This document shows positions 57,789-64,000 of a DNA stretch of 64,000 nucleotides, piece after piece. Location: positions 1-64,000 of the IMG/VR virus record IMGVR_UViG_3300011871_000002; one strand, 5' to 3'. A model generated the notes under the pieces. The model worked only from the letters and a program-made list of their open reading frames with translations. It did not search any database and was not told the DNA's origin. This stretch comes from a virus (taxonomy: Duplodnaviria; Caudoviricetes). Both the position numbers and the translations under genes were made by a program. Every line of letters starts with the position of its first letter. Position 1 is the stretch's first letter.

Positions 57789-58102
57789 CCACGATGCGCG
57801 ATGACCAAATCACGGACTTCAACAAAGAATTTCTCCGATACCTCCGTAGCGAAGGAGAGTTGCCGCGTGAAATCCGTGAAGAGCTGCAAGAAGCAACCAG
57901 CGTGGCAATACAGTCGACGCCGACCACGCTGGTAATCCATATCGTCAGTAAAAACGGCACCCAGACTGCATATCGTTTTTCCTGTGGCTCCAGTCCAGAC
58001 TTAGTAATAATGAAAGCTCCGGACAGCACGCCTTCCGATTATCGCAACTGTAATCAAATCGCGGGCGACAACATGCTAAACTTCAGGCCGCATTTAGAAT
58101 AA
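57785..58102 (+). CDS. hypothetical protein
   Basis: ATGA overlap; AAGGA RBS. Confidence 0.7.
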   Translation: MTTMRDDQITDFNKEFLRYLRSEGELPREIREELQEATSVAIQSTPTTLVIHIVSKNGTQTAYRFSCGSSPDLVIMKAPDSTPSDYRNCNQIAGDNMLNFRPHLE

Positions 58103-58104
58103 AA

Positions 58105-58158
58105 CGGCATAAAAGGAAAAAAGAGCAGAGCCCCGCAAAGGGCTCTGCTCTTATGCCG
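58105..58158. terminator. bidirectional terminator
   Basis: CGGCATAA...AAGAGCAGAGCCC-CGCAAA-GGGCTCTGCTCTT-ATGCCG. Confidence 0.88.
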
Positions 58159-58194
58159 CGAAGAAAGGACGTGTCCTTTTTTTTCTTTGGCTGT

Positions 58195-59070
58195 TTACAG
58201 ACGAACTGCGCGTGCGCCCAGGTTTTCGACGTTGGCTTTGTAGCCAGCGGCGGCGGCCTGGACAGCAGCGTCGATCTGGGTCACGAACGCCGGACGGTTG
58301 TACGGGTTTGCGCCGGTGATCTGCACGCTACGCAGGATGTCGCGTGCGAACGCTTTCACGCCCGCACCTTGCTGGGTCAGCGCCGCGAACGAGATGTCCA
58401 CGGTACGGGTGTCCGACGCCTGGGTCAGGTCACGCTTGGCGGTCATCTCGCCCGTGCTCTTCGGCCAGAAGTTGGTGGTGAGGTACGCTTGCACCGGGTT
58501 CAGCATCGTCGCGTCCGGCTCGACCCACAGGACCGTACCTGCGTACAGGTCAGCCAGTTGGTCAACTGGGCGGTTGATGCCAGCCATGGTCATGATGTCC
58601 GGATACTGGGTATGCGGGTTCATCATGAAGGTACGGATGAAGTTCGACCAGAAGTTACCGATCGACATGCCGTACTTCTCGATCCAGGTACCTTGCGGCT
58701 GGGTACGCTGCTCGTTGGCCTTGGTGAAGTCCTCGAACATCTGGCCCGCACCGCCGACCGGATTTTCCACCACGTCCAGCTCGATGCCGGAATTGAAGCC
58801 GGTCCACGATTGGGCGTGCAGTTCGATGACAGCCTTGTACGCTTGAATCCACGCACGGCGGTCAGCATCCGGCAGGAAATCGAAACCTTTTGGGGTTTGG
58901 ATCACGAACGGGATGAGGTTCTTCTGGATGTACGCTTGCGCGCTGATCCACTCGGCCCAGTCCGGCGACAGGCCGTTCATGCCGCCGTATTTGGGGTCCA
59001 GGGCGCTGTTGAGCATACCCGTGGTCGGGCCTACGCCCGTTTTCATCAGGGTGTCTGCGAAACGGCTCAT
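58195..59070 (-). CDS. tail tube protein (phiKZ gp30-like)
   Basis: 291 aa coupled to the sheath gene; EKYG, EPD and NFWPKSTG motifs; strong codon bias. Confidence 0.8.
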   Translation of the reverse strand: MSRFADTLMKTGVGPTTGMLNSALDPKYGGMNGLSPDWAEWISAQAYIQKNLIPFVIQTPKGFDFLPDADRRAWIQAYKAVIELHAQSWTGFNSGIELDVVENPVGGAGQMFEDFTKANEQRTQPQGTWIEKYGMSIGNFWSNFIRTFMMNPHTQYPDIMTMAGINRPVDQLADLYAGTVLWVEPDATMLNPVQAYLTTNFWPKSTGEMTAKRDLTQASDTRTVDISFAALTQQGAGVKAFARDILRSVQITGANPYNRPAFVTQIDAAVQAAAAGYKANVENLGARAVRL

Positions 59071-61160
59071 GCCGATGCTCCTTCAGTCAGTGCTTCGATG
59101 CGTTGACCCTCGATGGACAGCGTCTGGACCGTCTTCATGCCTGGGGCACCGATGACGATCTTCGTTGTCCAGCTGTAGCCACGGGCTTCGTCGTGCGCCG
59201 TGATGTACGCTTGGGGCTGGATGATGAAGCGGTTGTCGTAACGACCGGCGATGCGCTCGGTCATGAACTTGTTGACCTCGGTGACGAATTCGAGGTTGGT
59301 CAGGTCCGAACGGCCGCTGAACTTGCGACGGGTTTCTTCACCGATGACTTGCAGGTCGGCGATCGCGAGCATGGTGACGAACGAATTCAGCACCGAGTCG
59401 TCGCGGTCGTAGACGGTCTGGAAGGCCGGGAAGTAGTACAGCGTACGGTCGAACGATTCCGGGGTCACGAGGCCGACCATCCAGTTGGCATCGCGGGTGT
59501 CGTCCGAACGCGCATTCACGTTCAGGTCCGTGAACAGCTTGATGTCGCGGCCCGAATCGACGTCGAAGCGGGCAGCCGACTTCCAGTTGCCGTCGCCAGC
59601 GCCGGTGTACTCGGCGACCTTGTCCAGCAGTTCCAGGGTCAGCGGCAGGTGCTGACGCACGGCGCTATTCATCAGGCGGCCCGAACCACCGATGAGGATA
59701 CCGCGCATGGTCGAGGTACCGAAGTACTCCGATTCCGGGTAGTTCTGGATGTGGGCCAGCAGCGTCGATGCCATCGCGGTCTCTTCAGCCGCAGTGAGCG
59801 GCCGGGCGCCGAACACGTGGGTGCTGAGGCCGACCCAGGTGTTCTTGCGCTGGGCGAGGATTTGGCACAGGGCCTTCTTCGTTTCCAGCGGGAAGCCCGA
59901 GTCGTAGATGCACGAATACGGGTACTTGGCCAGGTCCTTCAGCGGGCTGGCCGGGTTGGCGAACTCGGCGCAGGCTTCCTTGACCAGATTGGCGTACACC
60001 TCGTTGTTCATGGTACCGTCGGTACCGCCGGTGGCCATCAGGTTGCTGTTCTCGGCCAGGCGCACCGCGCCGCCCGTACCGGTAACGATCTGGTAGGTGT
60101 GGTACGGCACGCCGGTGGACGTGGTGCCGCCGAACAGGTTGAAGCGGTGCTTTTCGTCGCTCGAACCATCGAAGTCGCTGAACGGATTGGCGATCGCGGC
60201 TTCTTTCGGATACACCATGTTCAGCAGGGTCTCGACTTGGTTGTCGTAGATGTGGATCTCGCTGAGCGGGCTGTAACGCACGGCACCTTCGGCGGCGTTC
60301 AGGTTCTGGTAGTTTTCCAGGAAGATGTCGCCCAGGTACAGTTCCTTGTCCTTGCTGCGAACGAAGGCGCCCGGCTTGAGCGAGAAGTCGATGAATTGCA
60401 CGCCCGAGCGGGTCGAGACGATACCCGGTCGCGACAGTTCATCGACACGCTCCACCAGCGACAGGCGGTACGGGAAGATTTTCTCTTCCTCGACGATCGA
60501 TGGATCGATCGGATTGCGGCCGCCGGTGGTCGGCGACCACAGACGCAGGCCGGCGTTGTTGCCGCCTTCGCCGAAGAACGGTGCGCGCAGGTCGAGCAGC
60601 GGGTAACGCGAAGACTGGGTTTCGGTGTCTTCGTCGGTCTGGTCACCGGCGGTAACAGTGGCTTTGCCGAAACCATCGGAACCGTCGAGGGCAGCGGTAA
60701 CCTGGGTCAGGAGGAACTTGACCTTGAAGCCGTCGATCGGGGCACCATTCGGTACCGGTGCGCCAGCGACGAGTTTGATGCTGCCGTCGTCGTTACGCTG
60801 GTAATCCTGGACTTTGGTGGGGAGCACGTCGGCCCACAGTCGTACCGACGCAGGCGGCGCCGCGTCGACCGGTTGCAGGCGCTTGACGAACATCGAACCG
60901 GCGCGAGCGTTGTTGCGTTTTGCGAACTCCGTGGCGTGCGTCGCGAACTTCTTGCGCGTGTCGAAGGTGTTGGCACCGAAGATCGTCATCGCTTCGGTAG
61001 CGGTCACGAAAGTAGGTTCCAGCGGTCCTTTCTCTGCGAACAGAAAGAAGAACGGAACATGCTGCGGACGCGACTCCTGTACTGCCGGCTGTGGCCGGGT
61101 ACTGTTGTCGTCCGTACCGAGCATTACCGAACGAGGAGTGGCGCGGATAATAGTATCCAT
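59067..61160 (-). CDS. contractile tail sheath protein (phiKZ gp29-like)
   Basis: PQHVP..F.FAEKGP, GGTDG, YDSGFPLETK, YPESEYFGT; 697 aa. Confidence 0.88.
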   Translation of the reverse strand: MDTIIRATPRSVMLGTDDNSTRPQPAVQESRPQHVPFFFLFAEKGPLEPTFVTATEAMTIFGANTFDTRKKFATHATEFAKRNNARAGSMFVKRLQPVDAAPPASVRLWADVLPTKVQDYQRNDDGSIKLVAGAPVPNGAPIDGFKVKFLLTQVTAALDGSDGFGKATVTAGDQTDEDTETQSSRYPLLDLRAPFFGEGGNNAGLRLWSPTTGGRNPIDPSIVEEEKIFPYRLSLVERVDELSRPGIVSTRSGVQFIDFSLKPGAFVRSKDKELYLGDIFLENYQNLNAAEGAVRYSPLSEIHIYDNQVETLLNMVYPKEAAIANPFSDFDGSSDEKHRFNLFGGTTSTGVPYHTYQIVTGTGGAVRLAENSNLMATGGTDGTMNNEVYANLVKEACAEFANPASPLKDLAKYPYSCIYDSGFPLETKKALCQILAQRKNTWVGLSTHVFGARPLTAAEETAMASTLLAHIQNYPESEYFGTSTMRGILIGGSGRLMNSAVRQHLPLTLELLDKVAEYTGAGDGNWKSAARFDVDSGRDIKLFTDLNVNARSDDTRDANWMVGLVTPESFDRTLYYFPAFQTVYDRDDSVLNSFVTMLAIADLQVIGEETRRKFSGRSDLTNLEFVTEVNKFMTERIAGRYDNRFIIQPQAYITAHDEARGYSWTTKIVIGAPGMKTVQTLSIEGQRIEALTEGASA

Positions 61161-61379
61161 GGTGGTATCCTGTCACTGGTGAATAAATGGTATGGTTTCT
61201 TGGACGATGCTTTGCATCATAATAATCTAAATTTTTACTGCCTGTGCCGCGGACATAAAGCAGCCGCCGCCCGGTAAAATAAATAGGCCGAAAACGTATT
61301 TATTTAACATAGGATGCTGCAAAACACGTGGTATCTTGCCGTCATCGTTTTAGTACAACTCTTTTCAGGAATAAAGATC

Positions 61380-62330
61380 ATGACGATTTATCGTACCCCT
61401 TACGCCACTTCCCAGTGCGAAGGTTTCGCACCTGGCGTGAGTAAGACCCAAGTGCAGCTCAAGGCGGCCGCCGCGACCGGTGCACTGAACTACATCGCGC
61501 CGAATCTCGTGGTGGTGGAAGATGGCGACAACTACCGCAACGCGATCCCAAGTTTTACCCATCCGATGCTGCTGGACCCGAAGCAGTCGGGAGAGAAAGA
61601 AGCACGCCCCACGCTGGCCATGGACGCGCGCCCCTTTGGTCAGTGGAGCCGCAACCAAGAAGCATTCATCGTGCGCAACGAATCGGAAATGAACATGGCC
61701 AAACTGCGCCTGCGCCTCAGTTCGATCTGGCTGGGTGAAGAACGCAACTACCTGCGTAACGTATCGGCGATTCCGGTCAAGATGTTCACCAGCTGGATCA
61801 GCGAAGGTCTGCAACGCAAGTTCGCGCTTGAACCAATCGACCAAATGCGCCTGTCGATCTTGTCCGGTATCTTGTACAACTCGAATTTCAGCGACGCGAC
61901 GGATCTGGACGAAACTGACAAGGTGCGCGCCGCCGGCTCCCTCGGCCGTGACCTCGGCATCGATGTCAAGGAAATCCTGACGGTGATGGACAAGTATCCC
62001 GTGCTCCCCTCGATCGACGCCTTCTGCCGGGCAGCGGGTGACGTGGTGGGTGTGCGACTGCAAGAGTTGAACCGTGGCGTGCTGTACGCGTCGCTCGGTG
62101 GTTCGTGGTTCGGCTACAACTTCAAGGAAATCCTGGCCGTCGCACTCGAACACCCGCCGACTTGGCTGGCCATCGTCTACACTGCCGGCAGCGACCGTAG
62201 CTACCGTAACACTGGCCTCATGCGCCTGTTCGAACGGGTCAGCCGCGGTGGCGCCGACCAACTGTTCTACGGCTCGATCAAAAAACTGGTGGAGAATTTC
62301 GCACCACTGAACGAATCGCTGAGCGAATAA
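61380..62330 (+). CDS. conserved virion protein (phiKZ gp28-like by synteny)
   Basis: TPYAT, IPSFTHP and ALEHPPTW motifs; divergent from the sheath gene. Confidence 0.7.
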   Translation: MTIYRTPYATSQCEGFAPGVSKTQVQLKAAAATGALNYIAPNLVVVEDGDNYRNAIPSFTHPMLLDPKQSGEKEARPTLAMDARPFGQWSRNQEAFIVRNESEMNMAKLRLRLSSIWLGEERNYLRNVSAIPVKMFTSWISEGLQRKFALEPIDQMRLSILSGILYNSNFSDATDLDETDKVRAAGSLGRDLGIDVKEILTVMDKYPVLPSIDAFCRAAGDVVGVRLQELNRGVLYASLGGSWFGYNFKEILAVALEHPPTWLAIVYTAGSDRSYRNTGLMRLFERVSRGGADQLFYGSIKKLVENFAPLNESLSE

Positions 62331-62391
62331 TTCTTTTGCCACTCTGTTGCGTTAAGCAATAGGGTGGCTTTTTTTCTGTCAAAGGTTCGTC

Positions 62392-64000
62392 ATGAGCGTC
62401 GACTACATTGTCAACCATGCCATCTTGAACGTCTGGTGCAATCCACAGCAAGACTTGCAGTCGATTGTGAAGCCCAAACGGATCACTCGCGCCATTGGCG
62501 TATGGCAAAATTTTGAAGCCGGGAAGAATACCTATTCCTTGCCGGACAACACCAGTCGTTTTCACGTATTTCAAGTGGGTCAACTCAGCCCCGCTCTGAT
62601 GGGTCTGCTCGAAACCCATGGCCTGTGGAAACTGGTGGCCGATACCTGCCGTGAACGCAAAGTCATGGTGGATATTTACAGCCAATTCGGTATCGAGTTC
62701 CCGCGTACCCAAAGTTGGTACATGGTGACGAAAAACCGTAACCTGCTTTTTGCAGTGAAGGAGGTGCCGGGCTTACTGAGTCTGCGCGAGAACGACATCT
62801 TCTTGCGCGTGTACACCAATGCATTCTTCCAAAGTCGGCGCGCCGGCATCATGGAAGATGATATCCAAATCTATGGCAGTTCGCCAGCCACGCGAAACGA
62901 CATCGTCGCCATCCAGGATCTTTTTAACGCCTGGCAGCAACGCGATGGCGCTACGTACGCGTTCGTCAACGGTTACAAAGTCTCCTTCTTGAACCTGTTC
63001 ACGGTGGCGGTGGGTGACTATGTCGAAATCGTACACGACAATTCGATCCGTGACATCATCGAATTCCCAATCAAGGATTTGAAAGCGTTCACCAGCACGC
63101 TGGACAACAAGCAAAAGTACCTGCTCCACTATCCGGGTCAGGGTGGCGGCACCATCGACTACCACGATGATGTGGACTTTTTCTTGGTACGCAAGAATCC
63201 CTCGACGGGCAGACATCGTGGTGTGTATTACCACCGCAATGCCGCAGGAGGCGACGCGGTGCGCATGGTTACCCACAAAGACTATGCGATCCCTGTGGAC
63301 TACATCGAAAGCTACGCTGCCAAGAATCCCACTTGGCCCGTAAGTGAACTCGTTCTGGTGGCACACATCCGCTATTCCGGATACCATCGTCCGTTGATTG
63401 ACGAAAATAACCGCATCAAAGAACTGTACAAGATGCACGACGACGACCTGATCGACGCCATGCTCTCTAGCAGTGCCGTGGTGGATAACTGGACGGCAGC
63501 GGTGCTGGAACAATCCGCCTACACTGAGATCATGCGTTCCCTGTCGGCAAACATGACGGCGCGTCTGGTACAGGACGCCTATGGCTACAACGCCATCACC
63601 AAAATCTTGGCGGACTCCCCGCACTTTGTCAAGCTCTCGTCGAACCAGCGCACGATCGAATTGCCCTACGGACTGCAACAGGATTCGGCCATGTTCGAAT
63701 ACGATGCCAATGGCCACCTCTTGGGGTATTACCAACATACCCAAGGCGCGGTGTATTCTTGCCGCAATAATGCTGCACGCCTGGTGGAAGTGCTGGCCGG
63801 CACAATCAGTACGCGACTCGATGAAACTTACGGCCAGCAAGTGAGTGACCTTGACATGACCGCGGACTACCGGTTCTACACCTGCGGGATCGAGGTAGGT
63901 GGCGTGGTGAACAACCGCTGGGAAGACGTCACCGATAGCGGCAAGTACAGCATCTTGAACGGCAAGGTACAGTGGCTCACCAACCCGGCCACCACCTACA
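62392..64000 (+). CDS. large virion/baseplate protein (phiKZ gp27-like), 3'-partial, absent from the ORF track
   Basis: ATG 62392, MSVDYIVNHAILNVWCNPQQD...; no stop seen before the window end. Confidence 0.8.
   Translation, partial: MSVDYIVNHAILNVWCNPQQDLQSIVKPKRITRAIGVWQNFEAGKNTYSLPDNTSRFHVFQVGQLSPALMGLLETHGLWKLVADTCRERKVMVDIYSQFGIEFPRTQSWYMVTKNRNLLFAVKEVPGLLSLRENDIFLRVYTNAFFQSRRAGIMEDDIQIYGSSPATRNDIVAIQDLFNAWQQRDGATYAFVNGYKVSFLNLFTVAVGDYVEIVHDNSIRDIIEFPIKDLKAFTSTLDNKQKYLLHYPGQGGGTIDYHDDVDFFLVRKNPSTGRHRGVYYHRNAAGGDAVRMVTHKDYAIPVDYIESYAAKNPTWPVSELVLVAHIRYSGYHRPLIDENNRIKELYKMHDDDLIDAMLSSSAVVDNWTAAVLEQSAYTEIMRSLSANMTARLVQDAYGYNAITKILADSPHFVKLSSNQRTIELPYGLQQDSAMFEYDANGHLLGYYQHTQGAVYSCRNNAARLVEVLAGTISTRLDETYGQQVSDLDMTADYRFYTCGIEVGGVVNNRWEDVTDSGKYSILNGKVQWLTNPATTY

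Noticed and set aside
59103-61277. 724-aa + strand ORF
   Set aside because: Antisense shadow of the strongly codon-biased sheath gene; no RBS or motifs
62773-63840. 355-aa minus ORF
   Set aside because: Antisense to the gp27-like gene that runs off the window end
1-64000. tRNA, rRNA, integrase, transposase or intein
   Set aside because: None recognised by eye; intergenic gaps are short and mostly explained by terminators. tRNAscan-SE and Infernal were not run

Overview
This window is a 64 kb segment of a phiKZ-like jumbo myophage (Chimalliviridae type). Assignments come from motifs and synteny only; no database search was run. Recognisable core genes are three virion RNA polymerase subunits (beta' with TADFDGD, a split beta, and a small beta C-terminal subunit), the head protease, a 2273-aa tail lysozyme/tape-measure protein, tail sheath and tube, a spike-like protein, SbcC, RNase H and UvsX. 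The large beta gene is interrupted by a group I intron (46642-48053) carrying a NUMOD4-HNH endonuclease. A free-standing, AT-rich GIY-YIG gene sits just upstream of the protease. Four paralogous fibre/baseplate genes are present; one ends in nine two-cysteine repeats arranged as a 3x3 higher-order array. There is a holin-like gene plus a signal-peptide transglycosylase, and a separate spanin-like pair. Three clusters of mostly unknown genes follow a shared CACATAT promoter-like motif, and many terminators carry a conserved TATGCCG element. No tRNA, rRNA or CRISPR array was seen. The best candidates for something new are the 3x3 Cys-repeat fibre system, the TATGCCG terminator element, a CYTH enzyme with a predicted head-packaging propeptide, and a degenerate NADAR-like early gene.
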